64,000 nucleotides of DNA from an uncultured bacterium. Lineage in GTDB: Bacteria > CAYUVA01. The notes under the pieces are model-generated. The model was not told the origin of the DNA. It was given only the letters and a program-made list of their open reading frames with translations, and searched no databases. Positions 49,318 through 60,300 of the stretch are shown piece by piece; position 1 is the stretch's first letter; each line of letters starts with the position of its first letter. Location of the stretch: contig CAYUVA010000003.1 of the NCBI GenBank assembly GCA_964448115.1, positions 1 through 64,000 of the forward strand. Reading direction: 5' to 3'. The position numbers and the translations under genes were made by a program.

Positions 49318-50127
49318 ATGAGCAGCGAGGCAAAAAGGAAGGTCGCACTTTACCTGGAGACGCTATACAACCTGATCATCAAGGACCTTAAGATCAAGTA
49401 TAAAAGCTCGATTTTGGGCTACTTCTGGTCTTTGATAAATCCTCTGATGATGGTCATAGTGCTAACCTTCGTCTTCACGGTGGTAATAAACATAAAAAAT
49501 ATAGGTGGTATCGAAAACTTTGCGTTATTTATGCTCTGCGGCATCATCCCCTGGACCTACCTGTCGGCAGCGCTCTACCAATCAGTGGTCTCGATAACCT
49601 CCAACACCAGCTTCGTCAAGAATATCCCCTTCTCGCCGATCGTATTTCCGGTCTCCATCTCGATCACCAATTTTCTTACCATGATCCTAACCACGATAAT
49701 TTTCGCCCTTGTGCTTGCCGTGTTGTCTTTGTTTGGCACCATCCAGTTGTATCCTGGTGTTTATGTAATCTGGTTGCCACCGTTATTTTTAATCATGCTA
49801 GTTTTTGTGACCGGCTTTTCGCTTTTCTTTTCTGCGCTGAATGTGCTCTATCGCGATGCAGAGCACCTGTTGCATACGATATTGATGATCTGGTTCTACT
49901 TAACCCCTGTGTTCTATACCAGGGAGATGTTGCCACCGCTTTTTAGAGCGCTTTATTATATGAATCCGATGGCATTTATCGTGGAGAGCTACCGTTCGGT
50001 GATGCTGTATGGGATCTCTCCGCAACCCTGGGCGCTTCTTGGCAACATGTTTTTCGCCCTGCTTGTGCTTTGTGCTGGCTTTTTATTCTTCCATGGACGA
50101 TCCTGGCGATTCATTGAGCTTCTATGA
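49318..50127 (+). CDS. wzm: ABC-2 polysaccharide export permease (Wzm/TagG-like)
   Basis: DLKIKYKSSILGYFWSLINPL, YRDAEH, LTPVFY, NPMAFIVESYR. Confidence 0.88.
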   Translation: MSSEAKRKVALYLETLYNLIIKDLKIKYKSSILGYFWSLINPLMMVIVLTFVFTVVINIKNIGGIENFALFMLCGIIPWTYLSAALYQSVVSITSNTSFVKNIPFSPIVFPVSISITNFLTMILTTIIFALVLAVLSLFGTIQLYPGVYVIWLPPLFLIMLVFVTGFSLFFSALNVLYRDAEHLLHTILMIWFYLTPVFYTREMLPPLFRALYYMNPMAFIVESYRSVMLYGISPQPWALLGNMFFALLVLCAGFLFFHGRSWRFIELL

Positions 50128-50314
50128 GTTTAAGTTTCTTTGGAAGAAATTTTTAGTTTATCAATGGCGAGAGTTGGGAGAAATTTTTTATTTATAAAAC
50201 AATATCTGCATGGTATGATCCATTGAGAATTTTTGACAGACCCGATATAAATAAAAGGTAATCATCTCGTTATATTTGTTTTTACAAAACGCAGTTATAT
50301 AGGGGAGAATAACC

Positions 50315-51748
50315 ATGGATCCCAAAAAAGATCTCGAACACCAGCCCCCTCCGCACAGCATTGAGGCTGAGCGGTCGGTGCTAGGTTCCATATTGCTTAA
50401 AAGCGATTCCTTGAACCAGGTGCGGGATATGCTGACCAAGGATGACTTCTATCTGGAGCGACACGGAAAGATATATTCGATGATGTGCCTTCTCTATGAC
50501 AAACATCAGGAGGTGGATATTGTTTCCTTATGCGACCTGCTGGCAAAGAACAACCAACTGGAGGAAGTAGGGAATGCTGATTATATAACTGGTTTGTACA
50601 CGAGCATCCCAACCTCGGCTAATATTCGCCAGCACGCACAGATAGTCAAGGAGAAATCGCATATCAGGCAACTAATCGACATGACCATCAAGCTGAAGGC
50701 GATCTCCATGAGTGAAAATAAGGAGCTGCACGAGCTTCTCTCCCTTGCCCAGGAGTACATAACCAACCTTACCGAGGCGAGCATGAAGGGGGACATTGAG
50801 GTTCTTGGAGATATCCTGAACATCACCTGCGAGCAGTTGAGCGAGGTATTTCGAGATCCAGAGGCACACACTGGCTTGATGACCCATTTCCCCAACCTGG
50901 ACAAGATAACCGGCGGATTAAGGGGCGGTAATCTAATCATCATTGCCGGCAGACCGAGCACTGGAAAAACGACCTTTGCTATGAATATAGCTTACAACAT
51001 CGCCCTGTATAGCCGATTGCCGGTCGGAATATTCAGCCTTGAGATGGCAAAAAAAGAGATCGCCTTCAAGTTCCTTAGTCGCGAGGCTCAGGTCGATTCG
51101 TTGAAGATACAAAGGGGCGAGTTGACCGATAAAGAATGGAACAAGATAATCGAGGCTGCGGATACATTGAAATCCATGCGCGTATATATCGATGATACCT
51201 CCGCTATCCCCCTTTCGGAGATTCGCGCCAAGGCAAAAAGGATGACAGAAACTATGGGAGTTAAGCTGATTATCATCGACTATTTGCAGCTTATCGGCTC
51301 TCCACCCCGATGGGATACCGGCTATCGCTTGGAAAATAGGCAGGAGGTGATCGCGGAGTTCTCCAGGGGCTTGAAAGCGCTGGCAAAGGACCTCGCTATT
51401 CCCATCATCGCCTTGTCGCAGCTCAACAGGGAGATCGAAAAGAGGACCGATCCCACCCCTAAGCTATCTGACTTGAGGGAATCCGGTGCAATCGAGCAGG
51501 ATGCAGATTTGATCGCATTTCTATATTCGCGAAACACCAAAAAGAAGGAAGAAAAGGAGACTACAAACCCCAAGGAAGAACCGATCATCATGGTCGATAT
51601 AAAAAAGCATAGAAATGGTCCCACTGGTAAGGTCGCCATGGTCTTCAACAAGGCTTTCAGCCTGGTCGGTGAGCCGGCTGATGATATGATCGAGAACTTC
51701 GACAAGGCTACTGCTGAACAACTTGACACTTCGGTAGATGATAACTAA
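50315..51748 (+). CDS. dnaB: Replicative DNA helicase
   Basis: PPHSIEAERSVLG, AGRPSTGKT, FSLEM, IIDYLQL, LSQLNR, SDLRESGAIEQDAD, KHRNGPTG; no intein. Confidence 0.97.
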   Translation: MDPKKDLEHQPPPHSIEAERSVLGSILLKSDSLNQVRDMLTKDDFYLERHGKIYSMMCLLYDKHQEVDIVSLCDLLAKNNQLEEVGNADYITGLYTSIPTSANIRQHAQIVKEKSHIRQLIDMTIKLKAISMSENKELHELLSLAQEYITNLTEASMKGDIEVLGDILNITCEQLSEVFRDPEAHTGLMTHFPNLDKITGGLRGGNLIIIAGRPSTGKTTFAMNIAYNIALYSRLPVGIFSLEMAKKEIAFKFLSREAQVDSLKIQRGELTDKEWNKIIEAADTLKSMRVYIDDTSAIPLSEIRAKAKRMTETMGVKLIIIDYLQLIGSPPRWDTGYRLENRQEVIAEFSRGLKALAKDLAIPIIALSQLNREIEKRTDPTPKLSDLRESGAIEQDADLIAFLYSRNTKKKEEKETTNPKEEPIIMVDIKKHRNGPTGKVAMVFNKAFSLVGEPADDMIENFDKATAEQLDTSVDDN

Positions 51749-51759
51749 AGTACCCATGC

Positions 51760-52527
51760 ATGAGAATCTTTTCCTCTATCGGTAGGGTCTTCTCCAGGCT
51801 TTTAGAGGGAACGGGTGAACTATCTATATTGACCGGCAAGACCCTCGCCTGGACTTTCCGTCCTCCCTATCGGCTCAAGCTGATCCTGGAACAGATGGAG
51901 GAGATAGGGGTGAACTCGATGCCGGTGGTCTTTTTTACCTCAATGTTCACCGGCATGGCATTGGCATTACAGTCCTACACCGTCTTCAAGCGCTTCAACG
52001 CCGAGAGCCTAATCGGCACCGCCATAGCATTCTCCATGGTCAGGGAGCTTGGTCCGGTGCTCACTGGCATCATTGTCGCCGGCAGGGCTGGATCGGCTAT
52101 GGCTGCCGAGCTGGGCACCATGCGAGTAACCGAGCAGATAGACGCCATGGAGACCATTGCGGTTAACCCGATACAATACCTGGTGGTGCCTCGCTTCATC
52201 GGCGCCTTGATCATGCTGCCGATAATGACTTGCGTATGCGATATAATCGGCATGATAGGAGGTTACCTGGTGGCGGTTCAAGGCTTGGGGGTAAACGGCA
52301 CCATATATCTAAGGGCTTCTTTCCAGTTCATGGATATACACGACATTGCAAGCGGATTATATAAAGCGGTCGTCTTCGGAGCCATTATTGCATTGGTAGG
52401 TTGTTACAAGGGGTTCTTCGCTGCCGGTGGTGCAGAAGGAGTGGGTAGAGCTACAACAGGCTCGGTGGTGATTGCATCAATGCTCATACTACTATTCGAT
52501 GTAATATTGACCGCTATATTGTTCTAG
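51760..52527 (+). CDS. mlaE: MlaE-family lipid ABC transporter permease
   Basis: RELGPVLTG..AGRAGSAMAAELGTMRVTEQIDA, YLVVPR, GAEGVGRATT. Confidence 0.92.
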   Translation: MRIFSSIGRVFSRLLEGTGELSILTGKTLAWTFRPPYRLKLILEQMEEIGVNSMPVVFFTSMFTGMALALQSYTVFKRFNAESLIGTAIAFSMVRELGPVLTGIIVAGRAGSAMAAELGTMRVTEQIDAMETIAVNPIQYLVVPRFIGALIMLPIMTCVCDIIGMIGGYLVAVQGLGVNGTIYLRASFQFMDIHDIASGLYKAVVFGAIIALVGCYKGFFAAGGAEGVGRATTGSVVIASMLILLFDVILTAILF

Positions 52528-52557
52528 CCCAAGGTATAAAAGAAATATGAAGCCAGC

Positions 52558-54078
52558 ATGAGCCAGAAGATACCACGAATCCTTCAATTTACAGCAATTG
52601 CCCTTTTGATTTACCTTTGTATCGCCTTTCTGTATATCATCACGCAAAGAGTAAACTACCCTTATGTCCTGGAGTGGATGGAGAGCCTGGTATTTCAGCA
52701 CTCCATGCGTTCAGCACAGGGGATGCCCGATTATGTTAGACCCAGCGCCGAATTTGTTCCTTCGGTATATTCCCCGATGTATTTTTGGATCGGCGGTTAC
52801 TTCATTGAATTCCTGGGAATGGATATCCCAAGCCTGCGCATGCTGTCAGTGCTGTGTACTTTGCTATCCGCTTCTCTCATTCTCGCAATGGCTGTAAAAT
52901 GCACCCGCAGCCTTCTCTTTGGCTTGTTCGGCGCCATGCTATTTATTGCTACCTTTAAGCTGGGTGGCTTCTGGTTCGACCTTGCCAGGGTCGATGCCAT
53001 GGCTATTCTCTGGTTGCTTTGTATCCCAGCCTCGATGTTACTGGCGCCAAGGCGGAGTCAGCCGATACTGCTTGGCGTATTTTTTGCCCTGGCAGTAATG
53101 ACAAAGCAGATCTGCGCTTTATTCCTCCTGCTTCCCCTAATCCAATACAGGAAACAGAGGGCAAGGCTGAGCATTCTTCTGGCAACCAGCGGCATTCTAC
53201 TCGCTGGTGGCTTTATCTACATGGCAGCGACTTCGGGAATCTGGGCGTTTTATACCACCATATACCTTCCTATAAAGTCCCCCTTTCTGCTGCACAAGTT
53301 CATGATATTGATAAAACATCACCTGGCTACAGGGCTTTTTCCCTTGCTAGTTTTTAACCTGTGGGCGTGGATATATCTTTGGCGCCGGGATTACCACGAT
53401 GATGGTACAAGGCTATTTGCTGGAATGAGCGTACTTGGCGCCATAGCGATGATAGCCTTATACTCGCATCCCGGCGGGTACAGAAACGATATCCTCTATT
53501 TCTCCACCTTCCTGGTTGGACTGGCTGCATTGCAATTGCACAAGGTAATCAGCCATATTCCTTCGTACTCTGTTGCCAGGTGGTGGAAGCTATCCATTAT
53601 CTGGGGGCTGATGCTTGTGCAGCTTGCATTCTGGTCATATCATCCAGTCAAACAGGTTCCAGCCGCGAAGGATAGGGAATATCATGAGAGCCTGGTGCAA
53701 ATGCTGCGCACACACGACCGGGTATGGGCGCCTTATCACACCATGTTTAGCTTCAAGGCAGGCAAAGAGATGGGTGCATTCCTGGTCGCTCTTGATGAGG
53801 TATATCACCTGGACAAGAAGCGCTTCCCCAATGAACTACTGGATAGGATTAAAGCTAAAGAGTATGATCTGATCATATTCGACCGTACAAGGGGTTATGG
53901 GCATCAGCACTGGTTGCTTGACTACATGCTTCAATACTATGATAAAAGGCAATATCCGCTCTTCTCAGGGGAGGATGGCTTACCCCAGTATGGCTGGACA
54001 CTTGCTGGCATGGCTTGCGTGCCGGACCTGCTGCTAACACCGATTATTGAAGAAAAGAGGCTGCCTGATGAGCGCTAA
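52558..54078 (+). CDS. GT-C/ArnT-like polytopic membrane glycosyltransferase
   Basis: YPYVLEWME, YSPMYF, LRMLS, WFDLARVD, TKQ; multi-TM. Confidence 0.7.
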   Translation: MSQKIPRILQFTAIALLIYLCIAFLYIITQRVNYPYVLEWMESLVFQHSMRSAQGMPDYVRPSAEFVPSVYSPMYFWIGGYFIEFLGMDIPSLRMLSVLCTLLSASLILAMAVKCTRSLLFGLFGAMLFIATFKLGGFWFDLARVDAMAILWLLCIPASMLLAPRRSQPILLGVFFALAVMTKQICALFLLLPLIQYRKQRARLSILLATSGILLAGGFIYMAATSGIWAFYTTIYLPIKSPFLLHKFMILIKHHLATGLFPLLVFNLWAWIYLWRRDYHDDGTRLFAGMSVLGAIAMIALYSHPGGYRNDILYFSTFLVGLAALQLHKVISHIPSYSVARWWKLSIIWGLMLVQLAFWSYHPVKQVPAAKDREYHESLVQMLRTHDRVWAPYHTMFSFKAGKEMGAFLVALDEVYHLDKKRFPNELLDRIKAKEYDLIIFDRTRGYGHQHWLLDYMLQYYDKRQYPLFSGEDGLPQYGWTLAGMACVPDLLLTPIIEEKRLPDER

Positions 54079-55042
54079 GCCGCTGGTGTCGGTCAACATC
54101 CTGAACACTAATGAGAGACAGTATCTGGCAAAGTGCCTCGATTGCGTGCTCGGGCAGGACTACGAGCCGCTGGAGATAACACTTATCGATAACGCCTCCA
54201 GCGACGGCTCTGTTGAGTTGGTTCGCAAAGCTTATCCGAACGTGCGCATCATCGAGAACAAAAGCAACCTGTGGTATTGCGCTGGGCATAATGTCGGCAT
54301 CAGGGCAGCTAGAGGCGATTTTATACAAGTGCTCAATGTCGATGTCTTCATCCAGCCCGATTTTATCAGCAAAATGATGGAGACCATGCTCGCTGATGAG
54401 ACCTGCGCTGCCGTGCAGGGAAAGATCTGGCAGTACCGCGGGGAAGATGCTTCATTGCCTGAGATCATCGATACTGTGGGCGCCAGGGTAACTAGGAGCC
54501 GACGCAACTTCGACAAGGGACAAGGAGAACTGGATACGGGGCAGTATGATCGAGTCGAGGAGATCTTCGGAGCTGACGGGGTTGCACCGCTGTATCGAAA
54601 AAAGGCGCTAGATGACATCGAGATCATGGGGGAATACTTCGACGAAGATTTCCTCATCTACCGCGAGATCATAGATCTCTCATGGAGACTAAGGCTAAGG
54701 GGCTGGAAAACGCTGTACACTCCCGATGCCGTGGCTTATCATGTGCGAGGGTTCTCGCCAGAGAAGCGCTCGCAGGTATCGCCATTCAAGCGAAGGCTGT
54801 CGTATCGAAATCGCCTGCTTACCATGATCAAAAACGAATCGCTGCTCGGATATCTAAGGCATGGCTACCGGATAATCCCCTTCGATATAGCTATGCTTGG
54901 GCACATCATCCTTCGCGAGCAGCATCTGTTAAAAGCGATACTGGACTTTTTTCGCTTACTCCCCAGCGCGCGTAGAAAAAGGAAGATAATAAGAACGATG
55001 CGTTTAGTTGATGATAGGGAAATCCTCAAGTGGTTCGAATGA
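54068..55042 (+). CDS. GT2 glycosyltransferase (WbbL-like)
   Basis: DNASSDGS, GHNVG, LNVD, FDEDF, DLSWRLRLRGW, RNR. Start moved to ATG 54068. Confidence 0.9.
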   Translation: MSAKPLVSVNILNTNERQYLAKCLDCVLGQDYEPLEITLIDNASSDGSVELVRKAYPNVRIIENKSNLWYCAGHNVGIRAARGDFIQVLNVDVFIQPDFISKMMETMLADETCAAVQGKIWQYRGEDASLPEIIDTVGARVTRSRRNFDKGQGELDTGQYDRVEEIFGADGVAPLYRKKALDDIEIMGEYFDEDFLIYREIIDLSWRLRLRGWKTLYTPDAVAYHVRGFSPEKRSQVSPFKRRLSYRNRLLTMIKNESLLGYLRHGYRIIPFDIAMLGHIILREQHLLKAILDFFRLLPSARRKRKIIRTMRLVDDREILKWFE

Positions 55043-55076
55043 AAGTGCATCGCTCAATCCCATAGCTGAATAAGTA

Positions 55077-55105
55077 TTGACATTGAATTGTTATATTGCT
55101 ATGAA
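55077..55105 (+). promoter_or_regulatory. Putative sigma70 promoter of ferredoxin
   Basis: TTGACA-17 nt-TATGAA with TG extended -10; AGGAGG RBS before ATG 55151. Confidence 0.45.
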
Positions 55106-55150
55106 GCACTCGCTGAAATTAACTGCCTTTGTAGCTAAAGGAGGTGCCAA

Positions 55151-55336
55151 ATGGCATACAAGATTACTGAAGAGTGTATTAACTGCGTAGTCTGCGTTGA
55201 TGAATGCGAGCAAGGTGCTATCCACTATGACGAGAGCATTGATCTCCATGTCATCGATCCTGACAAGTGCGACGACTGCGGATCCTGTGCCGAAGTATGT
55301 CCCGTCGATTGCTGCGTTCCGATCGAAGAAGAATAA
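55151..55336 (+). CDS. 2[4Fe-4S] ferredoxin
   Basis: CINCVVCVDEC and CDDCGSCAEVCP. Confidence 0.93.
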   Translation: MAYKITEECINCVVCVDECEQGAIHYDESIDLHVIDPDKCDDCGSCAEVCPVDCCVPIEEE

Positions 55337-55370
55337 TCAAATCCAAGGCAACCAAAACATACCCTATATG

Positions 55371-55395
55371 ACCCCGTCTTCGAAGAAGACGGGGT
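55371..55395 (+). terminator. Putative intrinsic terminator after ferredoxin
   Basis: ACCCCGTCTTC-GAA-GAAGACGGGGT 11-bp stem followed by TTCATTT. Confidence 0.7.
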
Positions 55396-55655
55396 TTCAT
55401 TTGGCATTAGATCACTAGTTGAATATGTATACTTAGGAATACTAGTTGTTATCCAAGACTTCCCGCACCTTGGAAAGCAACTTGATAGCCGAAAAAGTTT
55501 TCTGCAAGAAATGAGTGCCCCTTTCGAGAACATTATGATGGGCGATGACATTATCGGTATAGCCTGACATAAAAAGCACTCTAATACTGAAAGTTTTAGG
55601 TTTTATGCTCTCTATTGACTTTATGTTGAGTATTCTCTATCACTTCTCATAGTCT

Positions 55656-56480
55656 ATGCAGACGATTGTAAACATCTTAGCTAGCGCCTTTGATCTGCTC
55701 CTGGTACCGTTCAGGAGCCTTCCGCCACTGGTGGGACTCACCTTTATCTCTCTGGTTACTGGCATCATTATGCTGATCATCTATAAGCTTGTGAGCAACC
55801 AGCAGGGGATAACCGCCGCGAAGGATAAGATCAAGGCATACCTGCTCGAGGTAGTCCTGTTTCGGGATGACCTTGGCGTGTTTCTGCGCACTCAGAAGAA
55901 TATCCTGCTAGCGAACCTTCGATACTTGAAATACGCCATAGTCCCCCTATTGGTAATAATCATCCCGGTTATCTTCATCATCATCCAGCTCAACTTCTGG
56001 TACGGCTATCGTCCCTTGAAGGTAGGCGAAAAGACCATCCTCAAGGTCTATTTCGAGGATAAGGCGAGCCTGATGTCGCCAGATGTCAAGGTCATTCTCC
56101 CCGATGGTCTTAGTCAGGCTTCCAAGCCGTTGCGGATTAAAAGCGAGCTGGAGATGGATATGCTCATCGAGGTTACAAAGCCGGGATCCCACGAGATTAT
56201 CGTTAAATACGAAGAGCAAGGTTTTAACAAGAGGCTCTATGCCGGGGATTCGCTTAAAAGACTGACCCCACGACGGCACAGTCCGAGCTTCTGGGAGGCG
56301 ATCCTCTATCCCGGGGAGCCACCACTGCCTTCTGACAAACCGATAAAAGCGATCGCGATATCGTATCCATCGACTCTGGTCAGCTTCTTCGGATACTCGA
56401 TCCACTGGATAATCATCTACTTCGCTTTGTCCATAATCTTCGGCTTCGGTCTAAAAGGCGTCTTCAAGGTCGATATCTAG
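55656..56480 (+). CDS. Membrane protein resembling the DUF106/EMC3/TMCO1 (Oxa1 superfamily) topology, with an inserted soluble domain
   Basis: Amphipathic helix, TM1, helical hairpin (NQQGITAAKDKIK..), TM2 (VPLLVIIIP), soluble insert, TM3 HWIIIYFALSIIF..LKGVF. Confidence 0.5.
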   Translation: MQTIVNILASAFDLLLVPFRSLPPLVGLTFISLVTGIIMLIIYKLVSNQQGITAAKDKIKAYLLEVVLFRDDLGVFLRTQKNILLANLRYLKYAIVPLLVIIIPVIFIIIQLNFWYGYRPLKVGEKTILKVYFEDKASLMSPDVKVILPDGLSQASKPLRIKSELEMDMLIEVTKPGSHEIIVKYEEQGFNKRLYAGDSLKRLTPRRHSPSFWEAILYPGEPPLPSDKPIKAIAISYPSTLVSFFGYSIHWIIIYFALSIIFGFGLKGVFKVDI

Positions 56481-56484
56481 CCCT

Positions 56485-59400
56485 CTAATCCCCGCTGGTA
56501 AGGTAGGGCCAGTGGTAACTCAATGCGCCGAGATTATCCTTGGCAACCAGCTCAAGCAGCACCGATAGCGGTTCTCCGACGGTAACATCCGGGATGCTGA
56601 GCCAATAGACACCATCGACAACGCTATCCGGAGATAGTGGCACACCAGTCGGGATCCCCTCGAAGTAGATCTCAACTTGTTGCACCGATCCGTCAGAATC
56701 AAGCGCATAGCCGAACATGGTCAGCCGAGCCGGCACGCCATGAACCAGCTTCGTATCCCAGTATCCACCAACCCATACCTCTGGGATCCTATTCGGCTCT
56801 GGCTCAATCGTGAAGCTATAGGCAGTCTCTAAAAGGTTGCCCTGGTTATCATTGATGGAGAACTCGACCTCTATGGTTTGACCGTAAGCAAATGGGCTGT
56901 CAGGCGTATAAGTGAATGTAGATCTCTTGGCATCACCCCAGATATCTGGAGAAACAGCATTACCCTCCACAATCAATAGCGCACTACCGATGTTCAATCC
57001 GCTGCATCGGTCGGCAACTACGATTCTCAGGGTGATATCCCTGGGCACATCAGTTACCCCATGCTCCGGGACGCGGAGTAGAAGCTCTGGTGCTGCTGTA
57101 TCCAATGGAGTTATCGATATCCTCTGCTGGTTGTCCTCGTAGTTGTATCCTGCTCCCATTCCGCCGAGTCCGTACCAGGAGTCCCTGGCATTGACCTGGT
57201 AGGTAAGCTCACCATAGGGGATATCATCCAGTTGGTCTATATAATATGTCTTATATGTACCTCCGATAACCACCGGGTCTTGCAAGCTGTCCGGTGGCGG
57301 ATAGCGGCTTATGTCGTAAAAGACCGGTGGGCTATGGAAGTCTATGGCGGGGTTCCAGGTCAATAGCACCTCGCAATCGCCGGTGTCCTCGACTCCCTGA
57401 AGTCCGACCGTGCTCTCCCATGTTGGTGGCAAAAGGTCAGTATTGAAGCCATCGAGGTAGAACACGCCTCCGCTCGGCGAATCAGACGGCATGTAGAAAT
57501 AGACCTGGTCGTACTGGCAGTAGCCATCCTCGCTATAGACCAGTTCCATCTGTCCAAGATAGCCAAGATAAATCTCCAGGAAGCACTCTTTTCCGCGCTG
57601 TCCGAAGCTGAACTCGCCGAAGTGCCAGCCCTCTCCGCGAGCAAAGCCGGTGTCTCCCCATCCGCTGCTTCCATTGAAGGAGTAGTTGCTCGGGCTTACC
57701 CCGAAGTTAACCCCGATCTCACGCTCACCACCGACCTTGATGTCCGAGGAGCGGATGCCGGCAAGAAAGCTGGCTGCATCCATATTATCGTAGAAGTAGA
57801 AATAGATCGAGTCGGACCAATCTTCACCGAGGGTAAGCTGCATTCCCTGCCCTGGTGCATTGAATATAACGCTCTGCTCGCCATCGTAGGCAACATCGTT
57901 GCTCACATCGGGTAGATCTTTGCTGTTACCCAAGCCTTCCCATTGGCTCAGGTCATCCTCGAAATCATCCATAGGCGGAGCGATGATGGTAACCTGGTCA
58001 TCGAAGGCTTCCGGGTGTGCTTCGATATTTCCAGCAGCATCGGTCGCCACCGAGTAGAACTGCACCAGTCCCTCAACGCCAGCAACTGTGGCATAAAAGG
58101 GTATTGGTGCATTATCGTAGATGCCAGGATAGCGAAGCCAGCCCCCCTTGCTTCCAACAGAACGATAGTACAAGGCGATATCGACCGTATAGCTCGTCTC
58201 TTCCACTACTCGAACCGGTATCCATAAGAATCGGCTGTTGACCATCGTCTCCGGGATATCGATCCTGCTATCCGGCGCTATGGCGTCCTGGGTGGAGCTT
58301 TCCTGGTTTGACCAAGCCGAGTAGTTCCCGTTGGGCAATAGGCTGCGCACTCGATAATAATAAGTAGTGCCATGACTCAAGTCGGTGAATGTATGCTGGG
58401 TGTCGGCGGTAAATTCGTCTGCCATAGGCTGCTCGAAGCTGGAATCATCAGCGCTCTGCACATTGTAGCCCTGCACCAGGTAGCCAGCCATATCGCTCCA
58501 GTAAACCGTGTTTTGGTAGCCTCTTGTGAAAGGTGGCTCTTTATAGAGTTGAGGCACCGCCGGCACTGTCGGGGTTAGTGTGGGAGTCGAGGTCCTGGTT
58601 GGTGTATCGGTCGGTATGCTGGTGGCGGTGGCGGTAGGGGTCATTGTATGGGGAGTAGGCATCATGGTCTCTGTCGGCGTTTCGGTCGCTGTCGGAGTAT
58701 CGGTAGGAAGATTTGTCGGCGTTGGAGTAACCGTTGGAGTGCTCGATGGCACTGGTGTCGGGGTCGCATAGTAGTATTCATCGGCTCCGATATCGACTAT
58801 GGCTGGCGCTTGGGGATTGGGGCGCGTCTGTCCATCAATATCATCACCAGGTGCTCCATCATTCAAACCCGTATCTTTGCACGGTGAACTGGAGAGTATA
58901 TGGAAATCCTCCCCTGGAATGACGAACTGGGGATCGGCATCGAAGTTGCCCACATCATCCCAACCACCCTCGATATCACAGTAGGTTATTGAGGGATAGG
59001 AGTTGTATCCATCAAAGGAATCGGGGTCGTTGCCGTAGATGATGCAATTGAGGATGCTGGGGCTGGTTTCTTCTCCGTAGATCCCTCCACCGCTCCAGTT
59101 GCTTGTATTGCCGTAGAGAGTGCAGTTTATCATGTTAAAAACGCTATCGTATCCAGTGATATAGACCGCCCCTCCGTTTCCATCGCTACAGGTGTTCTGG
59201 TTGATCAAGCAGTTAGTTAGGGTTGGACTGGAATAGTAGGAATAGACGCCGCCTCCTGACCAGCGGGCATTGTTGCCGGAGATGTTGCACTTATCCACTG
59301 TAACATTAGCGCCATTTAGCAAAGCCAATCCACCCCCTGAATCCGGGCATAGATTATGATGAATAAAACAGTTGCGAATGGTTAGATTACTGTAGCCAGT

Positions 59401-59979
59401 AGCGTATATTCCGGCACCATAGCAGGAGTAGTATTTTTTCCCTATATCCGCTTCGAGGATGTTATCATTTATCTCACTATCGCTGATAGCCACATTGCTG
59501 CGTTCTACATACAACGCTCCCCCCTTTGCCACCGCCTTGTTCTCGTAGATGATACACTCGGCGACGGTCAGATTGCTGTCAACGATATAGAATGCCCCGC
59601 CATAATGATCTGGTGTATGGATAGCTCCATCACCGCCTTTGATACGAAAGCCTGCAATGCGTGAATCGCCAACCGCACCGCTCAGGTTCAGGCAATTGAA
59701 TACCCTGGAGCCATAACCGGCATCGATCTTAGGATAACCGCCTTCCCCCATCTTGGATAGATTTACTCCACTGCGCATATTTATGGGGAAGGTCTCGCCA
59801 TTGGCGGTCGTATAGTTCCCATCGGCGACCAGAATGGTGTCTCCGGGATAGGCTATCTCCATCGCAGCGGTTATGCTTTGGTAATCATATCCTCCACCGT
59901 GCCCCACTGTGTAAACATTGGCTGTGGCGTTAACAGAAACTATGATTAGAAGTAACAGGCATAAAGAGAACTTTTTCAT
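56485..59979 (-). CDS. Large secreted protein: DUF1565/beta-helix, long PT linker, FN3 and Ig-like domains, GYWDT..WPYL C-terminal domain
   Basis: Signal [50 protein letters not shown] repeats; DIGADE; ~70-aa PT tract; YYYRVRS FN3; terminal CTD. Confidence 0.85.
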   Translation of the reverse strand: MKKFSLCLLLLIIVSVNATANVYTVGHGGGYDYQSITAAMEIAYPGDTILVADGNYTTANGETFPINMRSGVNLSKMGEGGYPKIDAGYGSRVFNCLNLSGAVGDSRIAGFRIKGGDGAIHTPDHYGGAFYIVDSNLTVAECIIYENKAVAKGGALYVERSNVAISDSEINDNILEADIGKKYYSCYGAGIYATGYSNLTIRNCFIHHNLCPDSGGGLALLNGANVTVDKCNISGNNARWSGGGVYSYYSSPTLTNCLINQNTCSDGNGGAVYITGYDSVFNMINCTLYGNTSNWSGGGIYGEETSPSILNCIIYGNDPDSFDGYNSYPSITYCDIEGGWDDVGNFDADPQFVIPGEDFHILSSSPCKDTGLNDGAPGDDIDGQTRPNPQAPAIVDIGADEYYYATPTPVPSSTPTVTPTPTNLPTDTPTATETPTETMMPTPHTMTPTATATSIPTDTPTRTSTPTLTPTVPAVPQLYKEPPFTRGYQNTVYWSDMAGYLVQGYNVQSADDSSFEQPMADEFTADTQHTFTDLSHGTTYYYRVRSLLPNGNYSAWSNQESSTQDAIAPDSRIDIPETMVNSRFLWIPVRVVEETSYTVDIALYYRSVGSKGGWLRYPGIYDNAPIPFYATVAGVEGLVQFYSVATDAAGNIEAHPEAFDDQVTIIAPPMDDFEDDLSQWEGLGNSKDLPDVSNDVAYDGEQSVIFNAPGQGMQLTLGEDWSDSIYFYFYDNMDAASFLAGIRSSDIKVGGEREIGVNFGVSPSNYSFNGSSGWGDTGFARGEGWHFGEFSFGQRGKECFLEIYLGYLGQMELVYSEDGYCQYDQVYFYMPSDSPSGGVFYLDGFNTDLLPPTWESTVGLQGVEDTGDCEVLLTWNPAIDFHSPPVFYDISRYPPPDSLQDPVVIGGTYKTYYIDQLDDIPYGELTYQVNARDSWYGLGGMGAGYNYEDNQQRISITPLDTAAPELLLRVPEHGVTDVPRDITLRIVVADRCSGLNIGSALLIVEGNAVSPDIWGDAKRSTFTYTPDSPFAYGQTIEVEFSINDNQGNLLETAYSFTIEPEPNRIPEVWVGGYWDTKLVHGVPARLTMFGYALDSDGSVQQVEIYFEGIPTGVPLSPDSVVDGVYWLSIPDVTVGEPLSVLLELVAKDNLGALSYHWPYLTSGD

Positions 59980-60130
59980 TACTATAAACCCCTTATCTGA
60001 AGATTATTCATCTAAAAGCTCCTTCAGTTTATATCCTAGTTTAAGGACAGCATTTAGTCAATTTTACAGTAAATCCAACAGCCCTGGAAAATTGATCTAG
60101 TTTGAGTCTTTATTCCTGTGTGTCTCCACC

Positions 60131-60250
60131 GGATTCCCGCCTGCGCGGGAATGACAGAGGGGGGAAGACGCCTAACCCCCTTTGTCATGCCCGCCCCACT
60201 TTCGACATTGCTGCCTCCCCTTTTTTCATGCTCGCGCGAGCAGGCATCCA
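60131..60250. repeat. Second cluster of GGATTCCCGC..GGAATGACA palindromic elements
   Basis: GGATTCCCGCCTGCGCGGGAATGACA (60131-60156), inverted degenerate copies TGTCATGCCCGC (60183) and TCATGCTCGCGCGAGCAGGCATCCA (60226-60250). Confidence 0.75.
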
Positions 60251-60300
60251 GTATTCCTTTCACCAGGTGAACATTATTACAGATTCAAGCAATTATCTCC

